Positions 31,317-41,087 of a stretch of DNA of 64,000 nucleotides are shown in pieces (the first letter of the stretch is position 1; every line of letters begins with the position of its first letter). Made by a program: the position numbers and the translations under genes. The notes beneath the pieces were generated by a model that was not told the origin of the DNA, made no database searches, and was given only the letters and a program-made list of their open reading frames with translations. The DNA is taken from contig JAUSOY010000017.1 in assembly GCA_030656615.1 (NCBI GenBank), positions 50,153-114,152 of the forward strand, read 5' to 3'. Source of the DNA: Bacteroidales bacterium. GTDB taxonomy: Bacteria; Bacteroidota; Bacteroidia; Bacteroidales; TTA-H9.

Positions 31317-32039
31317 ATGAAACTAAAATATCAACGCATATTATTAAAACTCAGTGGCGAGTCACTAATGGGTGATCAAGCATACGGAATTTCTCCTGAA
31401 ATGCTTGAAGCTTACGCATCCGATGTTGTGGCGGCAGCCAAAAAAGGAGCGCAAATTGCCATTGTTATTGGCGGAGGAAATATCTTCCGCGGTCTGCAAG
31501 GTACTGCAGATGGAATGGATAGAGTTCAAGGCGATTATATGGGAATGCTTGCAACGCTCATCAACAGCATGGCTTTACAGTCAGAAATAGAAAAACAGGG
31601 AATTAAAACTCTGTTGCTGGGTGGCCTCGAAGTAAAGCCCATTGCAAAAGCCATGAGCCGTCGTGATGCCATTGAAGGTTTAGAAGAAGGTAAGGTTGTT
31701 ATCATCAGTGGCGGAACTGGTAATCCTTTCTTTACAACCGATTCGGCTTCAGCACTCCGTGGTGTGGAAATAAAAGCAGATATACTGCTCAAAGGAACGC
31801 GTGTAGATGGCGTTTATACTGCTGACCCCGAAAAAGACCCCAAAGCAACCAAATACAGCACCCTCAGTTTTGATGAGGCGTATGAGAAAAATCTAAAAAT
31901 CATGGACCTCACTGCATTTACTCTCTGCCGTGAAAATGATTTACCCATTTATGTTTTTGATATGAACCAGAAAGGTAATTTACTTCGACTACTACAAGGC
32001 CAAAATATTGGTACGCTGGTCAGTAATAACGAATTATGA
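31317..32039 (+). CDS. pyrH: UMP kinase
   Basis: 240 aa with [21 protein letters not shown] and [10 protein letters not shown]. Confidence 0.95.
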   Translation: MKLKYQRILLKLSGESLMGDQAYGISPEMLEAYASDVVAAAKKGAQIAIVIGGGNIFRGLQGTADGMDRVQGDYMGMLATLINSMALQSEIEKQGIKTLLLGGLEVKPIAKAMSRRDAIEGLEEGKVVIISGGTGNPFFTTDSASALRGVEIKADILLKGTRVDGVYTADPEKDPKATKYSTLSFDEAYEKNLKIMDLTAFTLCRENDLPIYVFDMNQKGNLLRLLQGQNIGTLVSNNEL

Positions 32040-33400
32040 GTCAAAAACCTTCCATTCCTAAAGGAACACGCGATTTTGGACCCAAAGAAATGGCCCGTCG
32101 CAATTATATTTTCGATATAATTCGAAATGTATTCATGAAATATGGATACCAACAAATCGAAACTCCGGCCATGGAAAACCTCACCACGCTCATGGGAAAA
32201 TATGGCGAGGAAGGTGATAAACTTTTATTCCGCATCCTGAATTCCGGCGATTTTTTGAAAAACGCCGGCGATTTAAGCAATACAGAACCATCGGTACTGG
32301 GATCGAGAATATGCGAAAAAGGACTTCGGTATGACCTTACGGTACCTTTTGCCCGCTATGTGGTTCAGAACCGTAACGATATCAGTTTCCCGTTCAAACG
32401 CTTTCAGATACAGCCGGTATGGCGTGCCGATCGCCCTCAGAAAGGAAGATATCGGGAATTTTACCAATGCGATATCGACGTCATCGGAAGCAATGCTCTT
32501 CTGAATGAAGCTGAATTATTGAAAGTTACAGATGAAATATTTAAAAAATTAAACCTTCAAATCAGTATATTACTAAACAATCGGAAAATTCTGTCCGGAT
32601 TAGCAGGACATATTGGCCATCCTGATAAAATGATCGATATCACGGTTGCCGTTGATAAACTCGACAAAATCGGTCTGGAAAAAGTTAATGAGGAGCTCAT
32701 CAATAAAGGGATTCCGGAAGCTGCTGTACAAAAATTACAACCCATTTTATTGCTACAGGGCAGTTCAATAGAAAAAATTCAAACACTCCGGCACGTTTTA
32801 AAAGATTCAGAAATTGGACAACTGGGCCTCGATGAACTTGAAAAAGTCATTGAGTATGCTCGTTTACTGGAAGTTGAAAGTCCGATAGAATTTGATCTTA
32901 CCCTTGCCCGCGGACTTAACTATTATACTGGCGCCATTATCGAAGTCAAGTCCAATGAAATGGCCATTGGTAGTATTAGTGGTGGTGGAAGATATGACGA
33001 TCTTACCGGCATTTTTGGTCTGTCAGATGTTTCCGGTGTGGGTATTTCATTTGGTGCTGATCGTATTTATGATGTTTTAGAACATACCGGCAAATTTCCA
33101 TCCTCCGCCGAAAGTAATGTTCAGGCTCTGATTTTAAACTTCGGAGAAAAAGAAGAACTCTTTGGACTATCAATATTAAATCAATTGAGAAAAGCAGGCA
33201 TCAGTGCCGAAATGTATCCTGAGGCCGCTAAACTGAAAAAACAAATGTCGTATGCCGATGATAAAAACATTGGCTGGACTATTATGGCCGGAGCGGAGGA
33301 AATTTTATCAGGCAGCCCTACCCTTAAAAACATGAAAACAGGTCATCAGGAAAAAATCAGCCTCGATAAAATCGCTGCTTATATCAATGCCTCGAGTTAA
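32036..33400 (+). CDS. hisS: histidine--tRNA ligase
   Basis: 454 aa with [28 protein letters not shown] and GGGRYD. The start overlaps the pyrH stop (ATGA). Confidence 0.95.
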   Translation: MSQKPSIPKGTRDFGPKEMARRNYIFDIIRNVFMKYGYQQIETPAMENLTTLMGKYGEEGDKLLFRILNSGDFLKNAGDLSNTEPSVLGSRICEKGLRYDLTVPFARYVVQNRNDISFPFKRFQIQPVWRADRPQKGRYREFYQCDIDVIGSNALLNEAELLKVTDEIFKKLNLQISILLNNRKILSGLAGHIGHPDKMIDITVAVDKLDKIGLEKVNEELINKGIPEAAVQKLQPILLLQGSSIEKIQTLRHVLKDSEIGQLGLDELEKVIEYARLLEVESPIEFDLTLARGLNYYTGAIIEVKSNEMAIGSISGGGRYDDLTGIFGLSDVSGVGISFGADRIYDVLEHTGKFPSSAESNVQALILNFGEKEELFGLSILNQLRKAGISAEMYPEAAKLKKQMSYADDKNIGWTIMAGAEEILSGSPTLKNMKTGHQEKISLDKIAAYINASS

Positions 33401-33417
33401 TCATTCACCCACAACCC

Positions 33418-34056
33418 ATGAAAAACATATATACCCTTGTATTTCTGATACTCTTGACCTTAAGTACCCTGGCTCAGAGAAATATGTTTTATGTTTTTCT
33501 GAATACAAATCCTGATCGTGCTCAAATTAGTGCAGATTCTGCCAATACCCTTCAAGATCTGCATATGGCCAATATAACCCGACTGTATAACGAAGGCCAA
33601 CTCATTGCTGCCGGACCTTTCGACGGAGGTGGTGGGCATTTTATAATGTTGGCAACTGACAGTATTTCTGTTTCGTTTTTACTGCAGTCGGATGCCGCCA
33701 TCACTGCCAATCGCTTCATCATCGAAATCTATCCACTAACGCTCATCAAAGGCGGCATCTGCCGGCCATACGAACCCTTCGAAATGATAGAGTATTCGTA
33801 TGCACGACTGGATTCTGATACCAGTCAGCCTGCCCCTGAGCCTTCTCTAATCGGTTTATTTGAAAAGGGTCTGGCTGGTGAAGATGAAATACTATGTGTT
33901 GGGTGGTTAGGAAATCATCAGTCAGCTTTTGTCCTTTTTAATTCCAGCTCGGAAAAAGCGATGGACTTCCTTAAAAAGGATCCACTCTTTCGAAAAAAAC
34001 ATTTCACCATCACGCCAAAAAAACTTTGGGTCGGAAAAGGAACTTATTGCGATTAA
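33418..34056 (+). CDS. secreted hypothetical protein, possibly two YciI-like halves
   Basis: 212 aa with a signal peptide. The segment FYVFLNTNPDR...HMANITRLYNEGQLIAAGPF resembles YciI-like domains. This assignment is weak. Confidence 0.35.
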   Translation: MKNIYTLVFLILLTLSTLAQRNMFYVFLNTNPDRAQISADSANTLQDLHMANITRLYNEGQLIAAGPFDGGGGHFIMLATDSISVSFLLQSDAAITANRFIIEIYPLTLIKGGICRPYEPFEMIEYSYARLDSDTSQPAPEPSLIGLFEKGLAGEDEILCVGWLGNHQSAFVLFNSSSEKAMDFLKKDPLFRKKHFTITPKKLWVGKGTYCD

Positions 34057-34119
34057 TCAGGCACCGATATTAAAGTTTCTATGATTCAATAACTCGGATT
34101 AAGGTCTAAAATAATTCGA

Positions 34120-37100
34120 TTAAAGCTGATGCCCAACAATTACAAGGGTTTTATGTCTTTCGCGCCGGCCATCAATATGAAAAAGATCGGTAAATAAAAG
34201 ATACATTCCCATAGGGGCTTTTTGGCGCGAATCGCTTATTCCATCCCAAAACAATATTGCTTCGTTGCCCACACTCAGGTTTTGTGCCAGATTTTTCACC
34301 AAACGACCGCTGCTTTCAAAAATCCTGACATTTGCTATAAAACCCGCATCGGGTGGTAAAATTTTTATCTGTAGTACGTCATCCCGTCCATCACTATCCG
34401 GAGAAAAAATCTCAGGACTAATACTTACACTCCCTTTTGCCACTACCTCATTCATATATTGCGAATTTACATCTGCCGGACTACCAAATCCCCGTGCCTC
34501 GGCTGCTGATTGCCAATTGCCTTTTGTATTGGTAGAAATATCAGGATTCACCCTTTCCAAAGCAATTCCATCCAAATCTTTTAAAAGAGGATGATGCATC
34601 TGAATGGAGTATTTCAAATAATCTACCTTATCTGTCAGACTTTCCTTTAGATGTAATGTCAACAAAGCACTGTCGGAAGTAAAATCCGGCAAATCGCCAA
34701 CAACGACAAAATTTTGTGGATAATCCGATTGATATAATGTGAGGATGGATTCAGGATTTCGGGTGAGACAATAATATACACCCGGCATCAGCAGATAGGT
34801 TGGCAAAAAAACTGTTTTAGGACTTGAAGACGACGTTAATGATTGATACGTCAGACCGAGTGATGCCAAATCCACAACTTTTTTTGAACGGTTATACAGT
34901 TCGAGATAATCGGGAGCATCGGCCGGCGGGTTTGTCAGAATCTCATTAAAAACAACATCCCCGACAGAGCACACTGAAGGAAGCCCAAAGTCGATATCAG
35001 TGGTAGTATTTAATGTATTTCCAGCACAATCCGTTGCTCCGGGCTTTATTTTTAAATGGTAAACCTTTCCCTCCTCAAGTGGGATTTCAAATTTCAGATC
35101 AACTTTTCTGAAATCATACGCTTGAGGAATTGATTCTGATGCATTTCCAATTTCTGGTTCTATCGAATACATGCTGGGTGAAGAAATGCTTAAGCTGTCG
35201 CAATTTTCATTATAAGACAATGAAATATGATTAGCATCCGAAACATAAACTCTCAATGGTTTTGGGGGATCAATATCCGGATAGGCCCCCAATACCGAAT
35301 TTACTGCACCGGGAGTTCCACCTAAGGGATTAACTGAAGCCTGCCAATTGGATGATGAACAAGGATTGTCAATGTCCGTAATTTCAAGAGACCAACCACC
35401 ATTGGCTTTTGCCGATGGGTAATACATCGCAGGATCATAACTAATACTGTGTATCATTGTTCCCTGAGCTGAATAAAGGGCGAGGCTGGTGCCTGTATTG
35501 GTCAGCGAAAAGGAAGAAAACCCATAAAAAAGTCCATAAGCAGATAATTCAGCCGTGGCATTTTGGTGTCCTAAAATGAGTCGGGAATCAGGAGCCATAA
35601 CACATTGCGAAAACCTTAATACCGAATTGCCGTTTATCAACCTCCAGCCTCCCAAATTTATAGGATATTCGGCGGCATTGTAAAGTTCGATATATTCAAA
35701 ATTTGGAAGACCTACCGGCGGATCCGGGTCGGGCATTACTTCTGTTATCAGAATGTCATACGACGAGGCTGGCAAAGCTTTTCGGAATGCTATGCTATAT
35801 GCGGCAGGGAGTGAAACCCCTTTACAATTGACAATTCCCTGAGAAAAATTCAGTCGATATTCAATTCCAGCAACCCACTTTTGAGTAAAATGTAAAATTA
35901 CCGATGACAGTCCGGGAATTTCTGTAAAAACTGGATTTCCGATAGCCGGTTCAACAGAGTAATGAGTATTAGACTCCAAACTAAGGGCATCCATGTTTTG
36001 ATTAAACAGCACCTGCAAGGATGAATCTGACAATGTGTATACCATCAATACAGTGGGGTCGATTGCTATGGACGCATTGACTGAATTCTCCATTCCGGGA
36101 GAACCACCGGAAGCATCCGTCGAAGCCTTCCAGTTTTCTGCTCCCAGGCAAACGGCTTGAGGATCGATCATTTCGAGAGACCATCCACCATTCTTCTTTT
36201 GAGTATCACCATACCAACTGTCATTAAAACTTACCTCGTGTATCAACTGATTATTCGCATCAAGCAATTGTAATGACTGGCCTGAATTTGTAATCTGCAG
36301 CGAAGAAACAGGCACACATACAGAAAAAGGCGATAGCTCTGGAATAGCCTCCGGACGGCAAAGTAAAACATATGCATCTGCCGCCAACTCAAAATCAGGT
36401 AAAGTTTTGGTTACGTTTCCTGTTTTTAGCTGCCAGCCTTTTAACTGAAGATTAAATCCACTTTTATTAACCAACTCGATGTATTCAAAATTAGGTAATC
36501 CAACCGTTGGGTCAGGATCTGCCATAATCTCAGAGATAAGTACGTCGTATCTTCCGGCCTCAAAAACAGAAAAGTTTTTATATAAACCATAGGCACTATT
36601 GCCTGATTTATCCGCTATTTCTACAACGGAAACTCGATAATTTGTCCCACTCAGAAATGGAGTTGCAAAGGACAACTGCACAATAAGAGGATCACTGCTC
36701 TCATAAATAGCAGAAACAGCGTCGCCTATGCCATTATTCACATTAAAATTTCTTGGATCTGACGCCATCGTGGCATCCAAAGCCTCATTAAATAGAAGTT
36801 TTAATTGTTGTGTGCCTATCATTTCAACCGAAAGAAGAACTGGGGGAACTGTATCAGCCTGGATGGGGCCAACATATATATTATCGAGGTAAAACTTCGT
36901 GCTGTTACTTGAAGTATATTTACAATACCAACCAAACCAGGATGTTGTATTCACCTGCGTATCGGTGCCCTCTGCCTGCAACTGAAAATTGCTACCTCCA
37001 CTTGCGTCGGCAAATACCTGCCATAGTCCATTTTCATTTCGGGTAACCTTTACTGAAATAGCAAAGGATGAAGATAAAAACCCGGGAGTACCTCTACAAA

Positions 37101-37509
37101 CGGAAACGGAAGAAGTACCCTGCTGCCTGAAAAGTTCAATAGCATCCAGGGAGCCGGCTTCTCCGAGCTGGAGATAATACCCTTGCAAAGATCCACTTAC
37201 GTCATTCAAATTGGATACAAGATAAATTCTCGCCATGTTGTTTGACGAAGGACTAAATCCCAATTTCACCCAAAAGCGCCATTCGGTCGAATTACAAATG
37301 GCATTTTCTGTTGACAAAAATGCTATTCCTTCTCCCGATGCATTCAGTTGAAGCTGATTGGATGAATTAACGGTAAATTGGTTAGTACTGCCCATCCAGA
37401 CTGGATTTTGAGTAAAATTACCATCACCAAAGTCTTCGTTTATTTGTGGGAATACACTCTGTACGCATACCATTAGTAACAGAATGAGAATTTGTTGTTT
37501 TATTATCAT
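34120..37509 (-). CDS. large secreted protein with three lamin-tail-domain (LTD) repeats and Ig-like (SbsA/Big_5-like) spacers
   Basis: The signal peptide starts at MIIKQQILILLLMVCVQSVFPQ (CAT at 37507-37509). Three LTD-like cores are present: YDVLISEIMADPDPTVGLPNFEYIELVN, YDILITEVMPDPDPPVGLPNFEYIELYN and VVFNEILTNPPADAPDYLELYN. The C-terminus IFSPDSDGRDDVLQI... is a FlgD-Ig/CHU_C-like beta-sandwich. Confidence 0.7.
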   Translation of the reverse strand: MIIKQQILILLLMVCVQSVFPQINEDFGDGNFTQNPVWMGSTNQFTVNSSNQLQLNASGEGIAFLSTENAICNSTEWRFWVKLGFSPSSNNMARIYLVSNLNDVSGSLQGYYLQLGEAGSLDAIELFRQQGTSSVSVCRGTPGFLSSSFAISVKVTRNENGLWQVFADASGGSNFQLQAEGTDTQVNTTSWFGWYCKYTSSNSTKFYLDNIYVGPIQADTVPPVLLSVEMIGTQQLKLLFNEALDATMASDPRNFNVNNGIGDAVSAIYESSDPLIVQLSFATPFLSGTNYRVSVVEIADKSGNSAYGLYKNFSVFEAGRYDVLISEIMADPDPTVGLPNFEYIELVNKSGFNLQLKGWQLKTGNVTKTLPDFELAADAYVLLCRPEAIPELSPFSVCVPVSSLQITNSGQSLQLLDANNQLIHEVSFNDSWYGDTQKKNGGWSLEMIDPQAVCLGAENWKASTDASGGSPGMENSVNASIAIDPTVLMVYTLSDSSLQVLFNQNMDALSLESNTHYSVEPAIGNPVFTEIPGLSSVILHFTQKWVAGIEYRLNFSQGIVNCKGVSLPAAYSIAFRKALPASSYDILITEVMPDPDPPVGLPNFEYIELYNAAEYPINLGGWRLINGNSVLRFSQCVMAPDSRLILGHQNATAELSAYGLFYGFSSFSLTNTGTSLALYSAQGTMIHSISYDPAMYYPSAKANGGWSLEITDIDNPCSSSNWQASVNPLGGTPGAVNSVLGAYPDIDPPKPLRVYVSDANHISLSYNENCDSLSISSPSMYSIEPEIGNASESIPQAYDFRKVDLKFEIPLEEGKVYHLKIKPGATDCAGNTLNTTTDIDFGLPSVCSVGDVVFNEILTNPPADAPDYLELYNRSKKVVDLASLGLTYQSLTSSSSPKTVFLPTYLLMPGVYYCLTRNPESILTLYQSDYPQNFVVVGDLPDFTSDSALLTLHLKESLTDKVDYLKYSIQMHHPLLKDLDGIALERVNPDISTNTKGNWQSAAEARGFGSPADVNSQYMNEVVAKGSVSISPEIFSPDSDGRDDVLQIKILPPDAGFIANVRIFESSGRLVKNLAQNLSVGNEAILFWDGISDSRQKAPMGMYLLFTDLFHIDGRRERHKTLVIVGHQL

Positions 37510-37578
37510 ACATGCACTTATTAATACCAAATCAAACCAGAAGAAAACAGTAAGCTAAAAGAAGTGAAGTAAAGTTAG

Positions 37579-37586
37579 TAATTTTG
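37579..37586 (+). promoter_or_regulatory. -7 promoter box (TAATTTTG) upstream of asd
   Basis: Perfect TAnnTTTG match, 91 nt before the ATG, which implies a long leader. Confidence 0.35.
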
Positions 37587-37676
37587 TAAGCGATTTCGAC
37601 AAGCGAAATAAATTATTTCTCTGAAGTTCAAGCCTCAGCACGTCGTGAACAAATTTCCAAAAATCAGGAAAATCAT

Positions 37677-38669
37677 ATGAAAATTGCGATTGTAGGAGTT
37701 ACGGGTATGGTCGGTGGAGCCATGCTTGATGTATTGGAAAAATCAGACATTTTCAGGCATTGCGATTTACTGCCGGTAGCCTCCGATAAGTCCGTTGGTA
37801 AAACCATCACCTTTCATCAAAAAGATTATACTGTAATAAATGCCACAGAGGCTATCCGACAAAAACCAGAAATCGCCATATTTTCAGCCGGAGCAAAAAC
37901 ATCAGAATTTCTTGCTCCTTTATTCGCGGAAGCCAATTGTACAGTCATCGACAATTCATCCTACTGGCGGATGTTCCCTGAAATACCACTGATTGTTCCC
38001 GAAATTAACGCCAATATTTTAAAACCGTCGCATAAAATCATTGCTAATCCCAATTGTTCAACCATACAATTGGTCATGGTAATGGCTCCTTTACACAATA
38101 GATATCATATTAAAAGAGTTGTTGTTTCGACGTATCAATCGGTCACTGGTACGGGAGTAAAAGCACTTCAGCAGCTCATGAACGAAAGAGTAGGAAATCC
38201 GGCTGACAAAGTTTATCCCCATGTTATTGATATGAACCTTTTTCCTCATGGAGGTATTTTTACCGATAGTGGATATACTTCAGAAGAAATTAAACTTCAT
38301 TCAGAAACTCAGAAAATATTGAATGACACCAACATTCAGGTAACCGCCACGGTGGTTAGGGTTCCTGTTAAGGGCGGCCATTCTGAGGCGGTAAATATAG
38401 AATTTGAGAAGGAGTATGAGTTGACGGACGTAATATCCATGCTTCATGATTCGCCGGGATTATGCATTTACGATGACCCATCCAATAATATTTATCCCAT
38501 GCCCATAACGGCGGAAGGTCAGGATGATGTGTTTGTTGGCAGAATCCGTCGTGACTTTAGCCGGGAGAAATGTCTTAATTTATGGATAACCGCTGATAAT
38601 CTACGCAAAGGTGCAGCAACAAATGCTATACAAATTGCTGAATACCTGGTAATTAATAATATACTATAG
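37677..38669 (+). CDS. asd: aspartate-semialdehyde dehydrogenase
   Basis: 330 aa with MKIAIVGVTGMVG, the active-site motif NPNCSTIQ, and the C-terminal DNLRKGAA. Confidence 0.9.
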   Translation: MKIAIVGVTGMVGGAMLDVLEKSDIFRHCDLLPVASDKSVGKTITFHQKDYTVINATEAIRQKPEIAIFSAGAKTSEFLAPLFAEANCTVIDNSSYWRMFPEIPLIVPEINANILKPSHKIIANPNCSTIQLVMVMAPLHNRYHIKRVVVSTYQSVTGTGVKALQQLMNERVGNPADKVYPHVIDMNLFPHGGIFTDSGYTSEEIKLHSETQKILNDTNIQVTATVVRVPVKGGHSEAVNIEFEKEYELTDVISMLHDSPGLCIYDDPSNNIYPMPITAEGQDDVFVGRIRRDFSREKCLNLWITADNLRKGAATNAIQIAEYLVINNIL

Positions 38670-38682
38670 AAACCATCGCATT

Positions 38683-39621
38683 TTGAAAACATATTCTCTT
38701 CACGATAATTTTTCTCATATTACAAATCCTGTCGTTACCATTGGTACTTTTGACGGAGTCCACCGTGGACATCAGGCGATAATAAAACGCTTAAACGAAC
38801 TGGCCACAGAGACTCTTGGTGAAAGTGTCGTGGTTACCTTCGAGCCCCATCCCCGTCAGGTACTCAGTCCTGCCGATCATTCAATCAAACTGATCAATAC
38901 CCATCAAAAAAAAGCCGAAAGACTAAAAGCTGCCGGAGTTCAACACCTAATCATCATCCCTTTCAATAGAGAATTTGCGAAAACCCCCTGGCAAGAGTTC
39001 ATGCAAAATTTTATTATCCAGAAACTTCATGCAAAACTGCTTGTCATCGGCTACGATCACAAATTCGGGAAAGATCGCAAAGGCAATATCAGCAATCTGA
39101 ACGAGCTGGGAAAACATTATGGCATCCGGGTGGAGGAAGTTTCTGAACGTTTCGAAGGTGATACCGGTATCAGTTCAACGCGCATTCGTAAAGCATTAAT
39201 GCGGGGTGATGTATGCCTGGCAAACCAATTGTTGGGATACGAATACAGTATCACAGGAGATATCGTACGCGGAAATCGTATTGGTCATACCCTTGGATTC
39301 CCTACGGCAAACCTATCACTCGCTGATGAATATAAGTTGATTGCTGCTAACGGCGTTTACGCTTCGCGGGTAGAATGGAGAGGGAAAAAATGGCTGGGAA
39401 TGAGCAATATTGGCCTCAGACCTACCATTAGCGACAGTAAATTCACTGTTGAGGTAAACATCTTTGATTTCGACAGAGATATTTACGACGAATCATTAAC
39501 CGTGAGTTTCATAAAACGAATCCGTGATGAGGTGAAATTCGAAAGTCTTGACGCACTCCGTCATCAACTACAATTAGATGAAATTCAAACCAGAAAAATA
39601 CTTACAAACGACTATTTATAG
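38683..39621 (+). CDS. ribF: bifunctional riboflavin kinase / FMN adenylyltransferase
   Basis: 312 aa with IGTFDGVHRGHQ, SSTRIR and the kinase-domain motif GFPTANL. A TTG start is required because no in-frame ATG lies upstream of the conserved N-terminus. Confidence 0.9.
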   Translation: MKTYSLHDNFSHITNPVVTIGTFDGVHRGHQAIIKRLNELATETLGESVVVTFEPHPRQVLSPADHSIKLINTHQKKAERLKAAGVQHLIIIPFNREFAKTPWQEFMQNFIIQKLHAKLLVIGYDHKFGKDRKGNISNLNELGKHYGIRVEEVSERFEGDTGISSTRIRKALMRGDVCLANQLLGYEYSITGDIVRGNRIGHTLGFPTANLSLADEYKLIAANGVYASRVEWRGKKWLGMSNIGLRPTISDSKFTVEVNIFDFDRDIYDESLTVSFIKRIRDEVKFESLDALRHQLQLDEIQTRKILTNDYL

Positions 39622-40157
39622 GTATTATACTTTCTAAATTCGTCCATATCCTTACGTTTTTTTTCTTTTAGTTTCTGATTTGCCGAATAACCAAGCGCAA
39701 TGAGTAGTCCTATTGTTTTACGACGGGGAATTTTCAACACACTTTTAATGGGTTCCTCATTAAACCAGCCCAGCATGCAGGTTCCCAATCCTTCCTCGGT
39801 TGCCTGAAGACAAAAATGTTCGGCCGCGATACCAATATCTATCAAACTAAATTCCTTGTTTTTAATTTTTCCTCCAATTTGTGTAATCAGAGACGGCTTT
39901 TCCATAACGATTACAATGATAGCTCCGGCCTGATGTACAAACTTATTGAAAGCCATCAGGCTGCTGTATGTTTCTCGAGCTACCTTCTCACGTAGTTCAG
40001 GTTCATTAATTACGACAAATGTCCATGGTTGAGAATTGCTTGCTGATGGGGCAATACGAGCCGCATCAAGACAACGTTCAATCTTTTCTTTTTCGACAGG
40101 AAAATTCATGAAATTTCTTTCACTCTGCCGCTTTTTAGCCAATTCGATGAATGACAT
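39612..40157 (-). CDS. nitroreductase family protein
   Basis: 181 aa. RQSERNF...APSASNSQPW is typical of FMN nitroreductases. Confidence 0.8.
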   Translation of the reverse strand: MSFIELAKKRQSERNFMNFPVEKEKIERCLDAARIAPSASNSQPWTFVVINEPELREKVARETYSSLMAFNKFVHQAGAIIVIVMEKPSLITQIGGKIKNKEFSLIDIGIAAEHFCLQATEEGLGTCMLGWFNEEPIKSVLKIPRRKTIGLLIALGYSANQKLKEKKRKDMDEFRKYNTYK

Positions 40158-40232
40158 AATCTAAAGATTTTAGTTAGGGGGTCTAAAATTAACAAATAAC
40201 ACGAACGATTATCCAGTCAAGTTCGAAAGAAT

Positions 40233-40240
40233 TATCTTTG
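40233..40240 (+). promoter_or_regulatory. -7 promoter box (TATCTTTG) upstream of the SRAP gene
   Basis: Perfect TAnnTTTG match, 17 nt before the ATG. Confidence 0.45.
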
Positions 40241-40256
40241 ACGAAACGCAAATGGC

Positions 40257-41078
40257 ATGTGTGGCAGATTTATTTTGGTTCAAAGATTGGAAGCTATCGA
40301 GAAAAGGTTTCAGGTAGAAGCGCTGGCTGATTTTCCTTTGGAACCCAATTATAATGTTGCACCCGGGCAATATACAGCCATTATCAGCTCTGCTGAACCC
40401 CGGAAACTTCAGTTAATGCGTTTCGGACTTACCCCTTTTTGGGCAAAAAAAGATATGCTAATTATTAATGCCCGTGCCGAAGGTGATCATAATAAGGAAA
40501 ACCGGGCTGATTTTTCAGGAGCGAAGGGAATTATCGAAAAACCTTCCTTTCGTAAACCGATACGATCTCAGCGTTGCCTCGTTATTGCCGATGCCTTTAT
40601 TGAGGGAACCACCAACGAAAAGCTCTCTAAGCCTTATTTGGTATATCTCCGGAATAAGGTAAGACCTTTTGCCATGGCCGGCATTTACGATACATGGATT
40701 CATCCTGTAAGCGGGCTCGAAATATCCTCCTTTGCAATTGTCACAACAACGGCCAATTCGCTGATGCAAAAAATACCCCATCATCGCTCACCGGTTATAT
40801 TATCACCCTCTTCTGAAAAAAAATGGCTGAACACAGATGCGCCACTGTCAGATATCACACGTTTACTAAAACCTTATGATGCCGAATTGATGAATGCGTA
40901 CCCCATCGCTGCCACTATAAAATCACCTTCCGCTACTGGTCCATCATTAATTCAACCCACTGGGCCTCCATTGGAAATAGAAATCGAATATAAAAACACT
41001 CAATATCTCACCAAAAAAGGAATGGGAAATCCAAAAACCAGCTTCCACGACCATGGTGAAGAAACCCTCTTGAAATAG
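40257..41078 (+). CDS. SOS response-associated peptidase (SRAP / YedK-HMCES family, abasic-site processing protein)
   Basis: 273 aa. The N-terminus is the invariant MCGRF (catalytic Cys2), and NARAE and PxIL-type motifs follow downstream. Confidence 0.85.
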   Translation: MCGRFILVQRLEAIEKRFQVEALADFPLEPNYNVAPGQYTAIISSAEPRKLQLMRFGLTPFWAKKDMLIINARAEGDHNKENRADFSGAKGIIEKPSFRKPIRSQRCLVIADAFIEGTTNEKLSKPYLVYLRNKVRPFAMAGIYDTWIHPVSGLEISSFAIVTTTANSLMQKIPHHRSPVILSPSSEKKWLNTDAPLSDITRLLKPYDAELMNAYPIAATIKSPSATGPSLIQPTGPPLEIEIEYKNTQYLTKKGMGNPKTSFHDHGEETLLK

Positions 41079-41087
41079 CCTGCCTTT

